From: Lama glama
Taxonomy: Eukaryota
DNA: 64,000 bases
Assembly (NCBI GenBank): GCA_028534125.1
Contig: CM052816.1
Location: 51,586,001-51,650,000 of the forward strand
Reading direction: 5' to 3'
In this document: positions 25,501 through 38,926 of the stretch, in pieces
Numbering within the stretch: position 1 is the first letter of the stretch
How the letters are laid out: each line of letters starts with the position of its first letter
Translations under genes and position numbers: made by a program
Notes under the pieces: model-generated
Databases searched by the model: none
Seen by the model: only the letters and a program-made list of their open reading frames with translations
What the model was told of the DNA's origin: nothing

Positions 25501-28500
25501 TTAATGTGATGTATTATACTTCTTTTTTTGCATATATGTTGAACTCTCCTTGTATCTCATGGAATAATCCCACTTGATCATGGTGTATGATTTTGTTTTT
25601 CAGTGTGCTCTTGAATTTGATTTACTAGTATTTTGTTGAGGATTGTTGCCCCTATGTTTATCCAGGGATATTGTTCTGTAGTTTTTTTGTGGGTTTTTCT
25701 GTGGCTTTTTTATCAGGGTAATACTGGCCTTGTAAAATGAGTTTGGAAGTGTTCCCTTTTCTTTAATTTTTTGGAAGAATTTGAGAAAGATTAGCATTAA
25801 TTCTCTTTAAATGTTTGATAGAATTCAATGAAGCCAACTGATCCTGTATTTTTCTTTGTTTAGGTTTTTATTACTGAGATTCAGTCTCCTTACACACTAT
25901 TAGTTTCTTCAGGTTTTTCATTTCTTCATGATTGAGCCTTTGTAGGTTGTATGTTTCTAGAAATTTCTTCTGGATTATCAATTTATTGTCATATACTTGT
26001 TCATAGTAGTCTCTTCTGATCCTTTTATTTATGTGGTATTTGGCTGTAATGTCTCTTTCTAATTTTTTTGAATCTTTTTAATTTTATTTGTTTGAATCTT
26101 TTTTTAGTTTAGGTTTAGTAAGGTTTGTCAATTTTATCTTTTCAAAAATACTCTTAGTTTCATTGATCTTTTGTCTTTCTAATGTTTATTTCACTTATTT
26201 CTGTTCTAATCTTTATTATTATTTTTTCTTCTGCTGATTTTAGGCTTAGACTGTTGTTTTTGTGTTTCCTTGAGGTGTAATGCTAGATTATTTGAGATCT
26301 TTTTTTTAATATAGGCATTTATTGCTATAAAATTCCCCCTTAGAACTGCTTTTGCTGTATCCCATAGGTTTTGGTATGTTTTATTTCTATTTTCATTTGT
26401 CTTAAGATGCTTTTTTGATTTCCCTTTTTGAATTCTTTGGTTATTCAGGAGTGTGTTGTTTAATTTCCACATATTTGTGAATTTTCCAATTTCCTTCCTG
26501 TTATTTATTTCTAGTTTCATACCATTGTGGATGGAAACAATAATTGATATGATTTAACTTTTTAAAAGATTAGTTAAGGCTTGCTTTTGTGTGCAGTGTT
26601 CCATGTGCACTTGAGAAGAATGTATATTCTGATGCTGTTGGATGGAATGTTCTATGTATGTCTGTGAGGTGTGTTTGACCTATAGTGTTACTTATATCTG
26701 TTCTTTCTTTATTGATTTTCAACTAAATGATCTACCAATTGATGAAAGTGGAGTCTTGAAGTCTGTTTCTATTAATGTACTGCTGTCTTTTCTCTCTTCA
26801 GTTCTATTAATATTTGTGTTACATATTTTTGCTTCGTTGAGTGCAGATATCTTTACAATTGTGTATTCTGTTGTGTATACTATTGATGAATTGATCCATT
26901 TATCCCTGTCAAGTGACCATCTTTGCTTGTTATAACTAACTGAAAATCTGTTTTTTTCTGACGTTGCCACTCCTGCTTTATTTTGGTTACTGTTAGCAAA
27001 ATATTTTTACCATCCCTTGGCTTTCAGCCCATGTGTGTACTTAAAGTGATTCTTTTGTAGGTGGCATATTGTTCTTAATTGCTTGATCCATTCCACCACT
27101 CTGAGTCTATTGATTGGAGTAGTTAATCTATTTACATTTAAAGTAACTATATTGATAAAGACTTACTATTGCATTTTGTTAATTGTTTTCTAGTTCTTTT
27201 GTATTCCTTTCTTTCTCTCTTGCTGTCTTCCTTTGTCATTTGTTGGTATTTTGTAGCAGTATACTTTGATTCCTTTCTCTTTACTTTTTGTGTGTTTATA
27301 GAGGTTTCTTCCTTATGGATTTTTCAGTTCAGTTATTCTATACTTCAGTTTTAGAATTTCTGTTTGGTTCTTTTTTATGGTTTCTCTCTTTGTTTATATT
27401 CTCATTTTGTTCCTGTATCATTTTCCTGATTTCACCTAGTTGTCCATGTTTTCTTGTACCTCACTGAGCTTCTTTAAGGTGATTATTTTGATTTTTTGGG
27501 GGCATGGGTCAGACCATTCATAGATCTTCATTTTTTTAGAATGTGTTATTGGAGATTTACTTTCTTCCTTTGGCAGTGTCATATTTCCCTGATTCTTTGT
27601 GTTTCTTATAAGCTCTGCATTTGGTGTCTGTATATTTGAAGAAACAGCCACTTCTAAATCTTTATGGATTGGCATTGGCAGGGGAAGACTTTAACCAATC
27701 AGCCCAATGAAAAATTCTGGGAGTCTCTCAAACCTTTTTGTGGATGTGCATCTTCCATTTCTTTCCCTCTTTCCTGGGGGAGAATTCTCAGGGTGTACAC
27801 CTTCTCCCAATCCCACAGAGCCATTCGCAGTACTGAGAGCCACCCACCACTTTTCCCTAGGGCGCAATGCACTGAGTTGCTGGGATGTTAGGTGCAAGCC
27901 CCACTTTTCTCTCCTTTCCTTCCCTCCTGAAGAAATCTCAGGATTGTGCATCTTCTTCCAGCCCCACAGAGCCAAGGCACTGCTAATATCCATACCAGCA
28001 GCTGAGAGCCCCACTGGCTGCTGAAGTCCTTGCTGGCTGCTACAGTGCACACCAGTTGCTGGGGCCCATGCCAGCTGCTGCCATCCATGTTGGCAGCTGT
28101 GGTCCACACTGGCCACTGCTGAGAGCCACCTACCCCTCTTCCTTGTTCTTAGCTGCCCTGAAGCATTCAAACTATGCTGGATCTCTCAGTACTACTGGGT
28201 GAGGTGAAACAGGAGCAGTTCCCTTGGGCACCACCCGAAGGGCTAGGGATGTTGGATTCACCCCTGGCTCTCTGCTGTGATTGAAATCATGCACTGTTAG
28301 GATCTTTATCCACACTGACCTGTGCTGAATTGGGGGTTGGGGGACTCAGAGATAAAGTGAAACTGCCCTCCTTAACCATTTTAATGCAGTTTGTTTTTGG
28401 TTTTGTACTCTTATAGTGTGCTGCTGCATCTTAACTGGATTCTCAGGTTCTCATCAAGGTACTCTGGTTTGCAAATGGTTGTTAAATCAGTGTTTCTGTG

Positions 28501-28567
28501 TGGGGATGAGGACTGGTACTTCCTGTCCCTGTACTTCCTGTCCCTCCATCCTGCTGACATTACTTTG
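22535..28567 (-). mobile_element. Near full-span older L1 (L1MA-like) with 3' UTR, ORF2, partial ORF1 and 5' UTR; internally deleted and inactive
   Basis: Minus ORFs [39 protein letters not shown]...WKLNNTLLNN, TYQNLWDTAKAVLRG (ORF2) and KNQGNMTLPKE (ORF1); GC-richer 5' UTR at 27670-28567. Confidence 0.92.
24505..25053 (-). mobile_element. Polyadenylated insertion of L1ME-like 3'-end sequence inside the L1 ORF2
   Basis: Poly(T) at about 24511-24522; host L1 resumes after it; degenerate flanking repeat ggaagtgacttt / gcaactgacttt. Confidence 0.6.
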
Positions 28568-29409
28568 CATATTATTTTTTAACTATTGGAAATTTGAGTA
28601 AACTATCAAGCTAGGTACCTAGCCCCTGAAAAGACATTTACCCCATCCTGTTGCTCTGCTAGACAAGTAGTATATCATTTAAATGGAATGGTATATTGTT
28701 AATTTATTGCCCACTTATGGGATGTCTATTTTTGTCCAAGTTTTAAACATTTTTAAGTCATTATAGTTTTATCTTTAAGATTTGAAACTAGGCAGACTCA
28801 ACAGTGATATAACTGAAATTGTATCTGAAGACTCAGACTTGAGGATTTTCTAAAACACTTTACACTGCCATGATTATTACCATAACAAGCTTTAATTTGG
28901 TGTCACTTTGAATTTAGGCCATGATGTCAAACTGTGCTAAAAGAAATTCTCTAGTGACTAGAACTATTCAGTAACAGCTGTTGCTCTACCTGTGAGAGGA
29001 TTAAAAAAAACCTGCCAGCAAAAAGCAGTCTGATATGCCTTTTAAATTATTACTGTATTAGTTGCTGCTTATATATGTAGAGGTTGACTTTAGTTGTGGG
29101 TATTTTTTAAGGATACTACTGATTTAATTCTCTGGAACAAAGTAGATTTGGCATGACTGTACCAGCGGAGGTTCTCAGTATTGGAGAGCAAGCAAATGTT
29201 TAGAGAAAAACACCAGTCTAATTGTGTATTTTATTTTGTTTTGTAACATCATGGAGTCATGGAGGATTAATTCTGGGATATAAATGTATCTCCTGTGTAA
29301 ATAATTTTTAAGAGTTTAACTAAAAGCAGTTATCTCCCCACTCCCCAGTCTACCTTTGTTAAGCTGTTTCACTAAACAAAAGATATCTAAATTTAATGGT
29401 TGAAATAAG

Positions 29410-29565
29410 ACTCAGGATACAAAGAGACAGCACAGGGGAATTTTGGGGTGATAGAACTGTCTATATCTTGATGGTGGTGAATACGCTTTGCTTTTGTCCG
29501 AACTCACAGAAATTTACACCAAAAAAGTGAATTTTACGGTATATGACTTTAAATAAGAAAAAAAT
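29410..29565 (+). mobile_element. Ancient L1 (L1MC/ME) 3' end
   Basis: ttttggggtgatagaactgtctatatcttgatggtggtg...aactcacagaa...gtgaattttacggtatatga. Confidence 0.7.
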
Positions 29566-30082
29566 TTAAAATACAGCAATCCTTTCTTTCTTCAGAAAAT
29601 TTGTTCCGTCTTAGTAAAGATACGTGGTGTATCTTGGTGCTCTTCTGCCTTTCTTTTAGTCTAAGACCCAGGTTAGTAACAACTGGCTAGAATTCTCAGA
29701 CTTCCTCTGATTCAGAAGAGCTTCAGAAGGCTTTGCTATTTGGGCAGAACTTTGAAAGATCTCCCTCCCCTTTTTCTTTCCTTTTTCCCTTCCTTCCTCC
29801 CATATTTTTCTGTGTACCTTTTTATGGTATTTTCACATATGTTTATGTTTCTAACAGAGACTCTTCTACAAGCTAGATTTCTTAAGACCATTTATGTAGG
29901 ACAAATACCCAACTTCAAATCTTGGCTTATTATTTACAGAGAAAAATTTGTCATGTATGTACAAAGGGAAGTTTTTAAATGGTTGTATTTTTTTAAATAT
30001 AAAAATATATACATCCTGATGACTTTTTTAAAAAAAACTTGCTTTATATTTTAATAATGGTAGTGATATTTGTATATAGACA

Positions 30083-30113
30083 AATAGCAGACACTTTGAA
30101 TAGCAGACACTTT
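30083..30113. repeat. Tandem duplication, 16-bp period
   Basis: aatagcagacacttt-g-aatagcagacacttt. Confidence 0.9.
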
Positions 30114-33100
30114 TCAAATAAATTGTGGGACAGAGTAAAATTACCTTGCTCTCATAAGGATTCATTTTATAATCTGAGCTTTATATGCACACTGCATTAA
30201 CATTATAAAAACAATGCTATTTAGCACAGTTATTTATCAGGATCTAAATAGATTAATAGATTGAATGAATATATATTACTCATAGCCTGTCTTTAATAAA
30301 TAAGTAGTCCCAAATTTTATTTTCCTATTTTTTTCAGTTGCTGTATACAATGTATTCAGTAATTAGGAATTTCCCTTTATCACGGTTCTCTTTGAGCCTG
30401 ATATTTTCCCCTTTGAGCTCTTACTACTACATGAATGACTGAAGAAATGAAAGTATTACTGAGTTTAGTATTTTTTAAGAATGAAAGTTAAGAAATATGA
30501 ACATACAACTTTCCTTCTCAGCCAAATAAAGATGGAAGTTGAGCATATTGGCTGGAAGCATTTTTTTTTTTCCTGAATGTGTGAGATTCTACAAACGTAA
30601 GGCTTACTTGCCTAAAGTTAATCATTTTACTAAGATTTCTGGTGAAATGGATAATTATTTCATCAGATTCTTTTAATGCATCTACTCTGAGGTAAGCACT
30701 GTTACAGGTGCTACAGACTCTAAGGTGAAGGATAAGGTTGGTTCTTTCTCGGTGAGTTTATGGTCTATGAAAAGACAAACTCAAGCTAAAATAAGACTTG
30801 ATAAATCTATAATAGAAGTATGTACACAATGCCATGGAACGCAAACTTGTGACTTGGTATAGATATATATTATTGTAAAATAGGGGAACAGTTTTTACAG
30901 TACTTAAAAACTACACCTGTTATTTATACTGGCACTTCAGAGAATCCTTGTGGGACTTTAACAAAAATTATCTTTTCATCTTAAAATTTTTAGACCAGTG
31001 GGTTTACATATTTGTGATGTGAGGAAATGAGTTTATTACAGCTTTTAAAAATTATTTTTGCTATGCTCTATATATGTTTAAAAGTTTTTTTTAAAATAGT
31101 TGCTATCACAGGATGATAATCAACAGACATTAACTTCTGGTTAAATGACTTTGAATTTTTTTAAGAGGCTAATTTCAGGTGTTATGCTCCATTGGACTGT
31201 TTGGGGGGAAAAGTCAATTTTTTACTTAGAAATATATTTCTAAAAGAAACTGAACATATTAATAAACTGCTCTTATTAAATGGTAAAGAATCATTAAGCA
31301 TTTTATATGGAAAGGGATAATGAGAGGAACAGATACACAAGAAAACTGCACATAATCTTTATCATCTTGCAAATCTCACTTTGATGGGAGTGGGGGAGGA
31401 AATCATAGGAGTTGGTTCTTTTCAGGTGCCATGATATTGCTTTTGAAATTTTAAGTAGACAGGGAACACAAAAGTGTAAGTATGGAAAGTTTTGCTTTTT
31501 TGGCAGCAACTAGCAAGATATTTCTAGAACTAATTTCCATGATAGGGATATGTGTGAAGAGAGAGGAGAGAGGAACCCTAAATTAAGAGAGTGGAACTCT
31601 TTCCAAGCACCAGAACATCCTTTGAATACAGTTAATGAACCAAATTGAAATATTTCATAATTTCTAAGATGCATTTTTTAAAAAACATTTTAATATCCAT
31701 ATAATTGGAATACAGCTTAACAATTGATAGTTGTGTAGCCATTATTGGCCAAACAGCAGGCATCATAGTTGTCTGTAGGAATCTTGTAAGGTGATGTTTA
31801 GCATTAGAAGGAGTAGGAGACCAGGAGAGAGCTTTTGAATACTAGAGCTTGTAAATGACTGGCTCATTCTTTAGTCTAGCTTTCTCGTGATTTTTGATAA
31901 CTCATAGCCTTATTATACATGAGACTTCGATGTTCTAAGATGGGGATTACAACCCAAAATCTCCACGTCCTTTGTTGGAGAGTCACTCACTTCTCTGTGA
32001 GTCTGAGTAATGTGGTTTATAGTCTTTACAGAATCTGGTGGGGCAGGCTGCTTTGGATCAGATACTTACTTTGGGCCAGTCAGCTACATATAGTCCTTAG
32101 GGATGACAATCTCAGGAGAAAGTTTTTCTGAAAGTGGTTGAGGGTAGAATAGACAGTGAAACATACTCAATATACCATTTTAAGAATAAGGAATTTTATT
32201 AAAGGACCCATAAAATGGATAAAGAACTGAAACGAGAAAACTATTAGGTTCTAAGGCAGTTCTAGGTTGTCGCTTCTTTCTTTCTCATCACCAGCCATTT
32301 CACACAGGCACTCTCCTGGCAAATGTGTTCTCACCACGCACACATGCACCCTTGCATGCCCCATTCACACTCCACTTCTTTCTGTGTATTGGTGCTTCCT
32401 TTTGTTGCTTATTAGCCAGTTTTCTCCTGTTTATACCTGAGAAAATTCAGTCTGACTGGTTAAACAAATTACCATCACTTTTTCTAAGCAGAGCTCTTGA
32501 AGCCCGTATGCCTCACGGATCACTGATTAGCCTAGAGGTTGGCTGCCCCTGAGACACTAACTACTCATTGATAATAATAGATCAGTGGTGTGTCCCCAGT
32601 TGAGGGATGTGGCAATTTAAATGAGAGGGAAGCTGGTGAGACTAATCCATGTGTATCTTCTTAGTAAGAACACTATTCTTTTGAAAAGCAGTTACCTTAC
32701 ATTCTCAGATCTAGCACTTTTGGAAAAACCTGGGCTTTCAGAGGAGAGGAGAGGGAGGAAGGGGAAGGAGAAGCAAGGAGGATTTTTTTCCCCCAACACA
32801 CTATAGTGTCTTATTACTTTGATTACACATTAGTGGTATTTCTTGCCTTCTGTTCTTACTTTAAGTAGACATGTATTCAATACATGAAATGAGATGGTCT
32901 TGAGAGTAGAGGGCATGCATGCCCTATTTTTGCACATTATCGTTATATACAATAGTTTCCCAGTTTTTTATTCTATTATTTTAAATATTTTATCTACTAA
33001 ATGATAGAATATTGCCTTATAGTAGTAAAATCTTGAATAGCATCCAGGACTAATTGAAATTTGAGAAGATCACATTTTTCAACCTACAGTTGTAATCAAA

Positions 33101-33144
33101 TGACTTAGTATTGATTTCTCATTACCTGATTATGGCATTTTTCC

Positions 33145-34760
33145 CCCACTGTATATTAATGCATAATTTAGGTACAATAAAATTCACCCTTTTTGGTGTA
33201 CAGTTCTATGAGTTTTGACAAACACAAAGTAATGCAGCTACCACCACAGTGGAGATACAGAACAATTCTATGTTTTCCGTTCCTATTGCCTTGCCTTTCT
33301 AGAATGTCATATAAGTGGAATCATACAGTATATAGCCTTTTGAGTCTGGTTTCAATCACTTAGCATAATGTATTTGAGATTAGTCCATAATGCTGAATGC
33401 ATTTGCAGTCTGTCCTTTTTATTGCTAAGTCGTATTCCATTGTATGAATATACCACAATCTGTTTATCCATTCCTCACTTGAAAGACATCTGAGTTGTTC
33501 CAGTTTGGGGCAATTATCAATTAAGCCAATATAAACATAGGCTTGTTGTGGGTTTTTTTCCTTCATTTGGATACATACCTAGGAATGGGATTGTTATGTT
33601 GTGTGGTTCTATGTTTGACTTTATAAGCAACTACCAAACTGGTTTCTGGAGCATCTCTACCATTTTACATTCCCACCACCAGTATGTATGAGAGTTCTAG
33701 CTGCTCTGTGTTTTTAACCAGCACTTGTTATTGTCAGTTTTGTGTGTTTTTCTAAGCCATTCTAATAGGTATGTACTGGCTTCTCGTTGTTTTGTTTGCA
33801 TATTCCTATTGACTAATGATGCTGAATATCTTTTTATGTGCTTACATCTCATTCCTGCATCTTTGGTGAGATGTCTTAAGATCTTTTACTTATATTTAAA
33901 ATGGGGATATTTAAGTTTTGAGAGTTCTTTATATATTTAGGATACAAAAGTTTTATCAGAAATGTCTTTATTGTGGCTTGTTTTTTTTAATTTTTCTTAA
34001 TAGTGTCCTTCAAAGAGCAGAAGTTCTTTTGAGAAAGTTTATCAGTTTTTCTTTTGGTGGTATATGAAGGAATCTTTGTCTAGACCAAGATGCCACCAAT
34101 GTTTTTCACCCTATGTCTTCTCCTAGAATATGGCCCACTTTGAGTTAATTTATATGTGGTCCAAGGTTTGGATTGGGATTTTAAAATATTTTTTTGGCAT
34201 ATGGATATCCAATTGTTTCAGCACCATTTGTTGAAAAGACTCTTCTTTCTCCATTAACTTGCATTTGCATCTTGGTTAAAATCACCATATATATGTGGAT
34301 CCTCTATTTCTCCATGACCATGTTATCCTATTCGCTGAGCTTTATATTTATGTAAGCCTTGAAATCAGTTAGTGTGAGACTTTTTTTTTCTTCATTCTCA
34401 ACATTATTTTGACTATCCTAGTTCTTTTTCATTTTTTGATTTCTACAAAGCAATTCTGTAGGAGTATTGATTGGAATTGTGTTGAGTTTGCAGACAGTTT
34501 GAAGAAAATTGAAATAGTAACAATATTGAGTCTTCCCATTCTTGAACACTATCCATTTCTCCATTTAAGTCTTCTTTAATTTCCTTTATTAGTGATTTGT
34601 AGCTTTCAGCACACATTTTTAGATTTATAGCAAAATTTTGATATATTTTTATGATTTTTGTAGTATATTCATGGTACTTTTAAAATTTAACTAATTGTTC
34701 ATATCCCATATATAGAACACTGATTTTTTTGTTAAGCTGCTGAATTTTAGTTTTATTACC
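33145..34760 (-). mobile_element. Old L1 (L1MB/MC-like) 3' portion
   Basis: aattcaccctttttggtgtacagttctatgagttttgacaaa; minus ORF EEWINRLWYIHTMEY. Confidence 0.85.
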
Positions 34761-35723
34761 TGTTTTGTGGTTTCTTGTGGAATGTGTATGTAAGCAATGA
34801 CACCTACTTTGGATTTCCAAAAAAAAGTATGCTTTATTTTATTCAGGCGATCCTTAGGACATGGGATGGTTGTTCTTACACACATTACATTATGATTAGA
34901 TGAGTCTTATGATTTTTCCTTTTTTCTCCTTGGTTGTTTGTTAGTGTCAATTATTTGATCAGTTATCTGATATAAAATATATTCTTGTATAGTTTGGAAA
35001 AATGTTTACATGGAAAGTGACATAGGGAAGTGAATGTTTTATAATCTCTGTTAATGAGATTTGAAAGAACGTGTACCTTACTTGCTATAGACAACTAAGA
35101 TAAATAGTAAAAATGGAAAATACCTTCTCGCTTGAATTGTACTTCTTTTTGCACTGCTTAGTTGTGTAACAATGATAAATAAAAAAAGGTCTAAGCATTT
35201 GTATCATGTTCAAGACTGCCTTCGTATTTTATGTGATTTTTTTAAAAGGAGTTGTGACATTGCTTTAGTGAATCCTCAAGACCTTAAAAATGAATCTTTA
35301 ATTTGAGCAGATTATGATGAATGAGAGACATTTATAGTGTACAATTGCTATCTAGATGCAATTCTACTCTGTAGTGCTTTATTGATTTCTTTCCTTCTGC
35401 ATTGCCACAACTCAGGATTTCTTCTCTGTAATAATACAGAGTCATTGAAAACAAAATACAGTTAGATTCTAGATAGTTTTTTTCTCCCTCAATCTAAAAA
35501 TTTTCTTATATTTAGTACAGGAGTTTTAGCTAACAACTTTGCTTTCCTATTTTGTTTATTTGACAATATTTATTTGTGGACATATATCCTAAGGCTACTA
35601 GTTTGGAGTATGTTATTAAGTAGAATTTTTTTTTTTAGGATTAACAAATGCAAAAGCACAGGCTATTTTTTCGGATATCAAATTGCTATCTCTTACTTCC
35701 ATGAATAAGAAGACATGACTTTT

Positions 35724-36957
35724 CTTTAACATTTTTTATTGATTTATAATCATTTTACAATGTTGTGTCAAATTCCAGTGTTCAGCACAGTTTTTCAGTC
35801 ATTCATGGACAGATACATGCTCATTGTCACATTTTTTTCTCTGTGAGTTATCATAACATTTTGTGTATATTTCCCTGTGCTATACAGTGTAATCTTGTTT
35901 ATCTATTCTACAATTTTGAAATCCCAGTCTATCCCTTCCCACCCTCCACCCCCCTGGCAACCACAAGTCTGTATTCTCTGTCTATGAGTCTATTTCTGTC
36001 CTGTATTTACGCTTTGTTNNNNNNNNNNNNNNNNNNNNNNNNNNNNNNNNNNNNNNNNNNNNNNNNNNNNNNNNNNNNNNNNNNNNNNNNNNNNNNNNNN
36101 NNNNNNNNNNNNNNNNNNNNNNNNNNNNNNNNNNNNNNNNNNNNNNNNNNNNNNNNNNNNNNNNNNNNNNNNNNNNNNNNNNNNNNNNNNNNNNNNNNNN
36201 NNNNNNNNNNNNNNNNNNNNNNNNNNNNNNNNNNNNNNNNNNNNNNNNNNNNNNNNNNNNNNNNNNNNNNNNNNNNNNNNNNNNNNNNNNNNNNNNNNNN
36301 NNNNNNNNNNNNNNNNNNNNNNNNNNNNNNNNNNNNNNNNNNNNNNNNNNNNNNNNNNNNNNNNNNNNNNNNNNNNNNNNNNNNNNNNNNNNNNNNNNNN
36401 NNNNNNNNNNNNNNNNNNNNNNNNNNNNNNNNNNNNNNNNNNNNNNNNNNNNNNNNNNNNNNNNNNNNNNNNNNNNNNNNNNNNNNNNNNNNNNNNNNNN
36501 NNNNNNNNNNNNNNNNNNCAAGTCTGTATTCTCTGTCTATGAGTCTATTTCTGTCCTGTATTTACGCTTTGTTTTTGTTTGTTTGTTTGTTTTTGTTTTT
36601 GTTTTTTAGATTCCACATATGAGCGATCTCATGGTCTTTTTCTTTCTCTTTCTGGCTTACTTCACTTACAATGACATTCTCCAGGAGCATCCATGTTGCT
36701 GCAAATGGCACTATGTTGTCGGTTTTTATGGCTGAGTAGTATTCCATTGTATAAATATACCACATCTTCTTTATCCAGTCACCTGTTGATGGACATTTAG
36801 GCTGTTTCCATGTTTTGGCTATTGTAAATAGTGCTGCTATGAATACTGGGGTGCAGGTGTCATCCTGAAGTAGGGTTCCTTCTGGATATAAGCCCAGGAG
36901 TGGGATTCCTGGGCCATATGGTGAGTCTATTCCTAGTCTTTTGAGGAATCTCCACAC
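35724..36957 (-). mobile_element. Young lineage-specific L1, 5'-truncated, perfect 16-bp TSD
   Basis: TSD agaagacatgactttt at 35708-35723 and 36958-36973; uninterrupted ORF2 C-terminus (VWRFLK...WKQPKCPS...WYIYTMEYYSAIK). Confidence 0.97.
36019..36518. other. Assembly gap (500 N), probably spurious
   Basis: Identical 55-bp sequence on both sides (35964-36018 and 36519-36573). Confidence 0.95.
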
Positions 36958-38856
36958 AGAAGACATGACTTTTAAAGATACTTACAGCCATGTTTTAGAG
37001 AGAAAATCTAGAAAACAATGAGTATTAAGAGACTGTTAGCAATATTTTGCTTCCTTTTTCTATTCTCAGTCTCTTCAACTGTTGTTTTCCAATGTCATAG
37101 GATGTTCCTATAATAAAGCAGAAAAGAAACATTCCCAGGGAAGGATTTATCAGGGGATTATATTATTTGGTGTGATATTTTACTCTAGCATGCTTAGATA
37201 TTTATTTATTCAAGTAACTGAGAAAGCTAATTGCTAAAAACATTAATGTAGAAAAAGATTTCTGGGAATAGGAAAAATTCTTCTGATCAGGGGACAGTGA
37301 AGTCTGGGGAGTGGGACGATAGTTTTTTTTTTTTTTTAAGTCCTGTAGTAATTTGTAATGGTTCTTCTATAATTTCTTAAACATATTCTTCTACTCTCTA
37401 AATATTGTTACGTATTGTAATACTTAATGGAAACAGAACTTATTTTAAGTTCTGACAATTTTATAGTCAAATCTGTTAAAATGTGTCTCTGTAAAATCTT
37501 AAGAATGCTGCTTCTCTTCTGATGGGAGGTGAAAAGAGCAAGGTAGGGGAGGCCAGGGGTGGAAAAATATGTACTGTGGCAGCTTCCTGTTCATATCTAG
37601 CTAGGATAATACTTCTGCTACCTGCATTGCCATAATACCTGCTTTCCCTACAAGTCAGTTCTGAAGTTCTTCCAAAGAATTATTTTCCTTTGTTTTGACA
37701 GGATAAGCATAAGTTCTGGCTGCCTTTTATTTTCCCCTGCAGCCATTTAATAGGAGAGTTTATAGTCACATCTCTGTATCTTGTGTTCCTATCTAGACAG
37801 AGAGCAGGACAGTGACATATAAAGGTTTTCTGACTGTTAATGTAGGGACTTGATGTTTTAAACCCCAGAAAATTATCCATACTCCTAAAATTTAAACACA
37901 ACCTTTTTTTAAAATTGGAAATAACATAAGAATCTAATAGAAGCATGACACTTTTTTTTCTAACTAAATAGGAAGTATGCAAATAACCATGGCACATAGT
38001 AAAAGGCTCAATTGATACATTTCTGAATTCTGTTATTTAATGTAGTTTATTAAAGTTTTACTTCTTAGGAGAATCAATCTTTTTTTTTAGTCACTGATGG
38101 TGGGAATTGTGTATGTTGAGACTACAAAATAATTGAAAGAAACTGAATATTTATTCAAGATAATTTTGCTTTCTTTAATAAATGAATTGAAAGCTTATTT
38201 AAGAATTTTAGGTTAGTTGAGGACAAATGAAACTAGACTTCTGATACCTTCTGCAATACTCTGTTGTGTTTTTTTTTGTGAGGACAAATGTTTCTACAGT
38301 CTTTCAAGGAAACCATAAGATTTTGGTAGTTGCTTTATATAAAAACATTTTTATTGATGTACAGACTTGAATATACAAAAGATTTAATTACTATAGTGAT
38401 ACATATTAAAATGAAGGGTCCATTTTAGAAATATAGTTAAGTGATATTTTGATAAAAAAGACAAATTGATTATAGGGTTTAGTAACTCAGAGATTATAAT
38501 GCAGAAATCATTAGTAGTTTGCAGTTAATTTCCAATTTTCATAACATTATAATTGTGTTTTAAAACATCTTCCTAAGCATGCTGAGTTTCTTGGATGTTG
38601 TGCTGATAATTCTTGGCATCATTACACTGCTTAACAGACCAGTTGTCTGGTTCTGACGAACGACAGTAAATACAGATAGTACTACTGTGGGCAGGGGAGG
38701 GTCAGAGGCCACGAAGGCTCAACCTGTCCCAGTACCACTGAAAGTGAATAAACTCTGGAGGGTCTACAAAGTTTTGTAGAATAAATGTTTTTGCTTTGAC
38801 TGTTAAGTTGGTCTGGAGCCTCATGTCAAAGAGATAGGAAGGGAAATAAAACTTAC

Positions 38857-38926
38857 CTTGAAAGGGATAGTTCCATACAAGTTGAACCAAGCTTTCAGGT
38901 TAAAATATGCAGGTGGTTATGATTTC
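38857..38926 (-). other. Candidate 70-nt internal exon of a minus-strand transcript
   Basis: Acceptor aattttattccttag|GA and consensus donor AAG|gtaagt in unique sequence; stops in all three frames. Confidence 0.4.

Noticed and set aside
27691..28170. 159-aa ORF (and the 174-aa ORF at 52746-53270)
   Set aside because: Both lie in GC-richer L1 5' UTRs, where stop-free stretches arise by chance; no recognisable protein.
31119..31133. 15-nt match to the 5' end of mature miR-421 as recalled (atcaacagacattaa)
   Set aside because: The match stops there and no complementary arm exists upstream to form a pre-miRNA hairpin.
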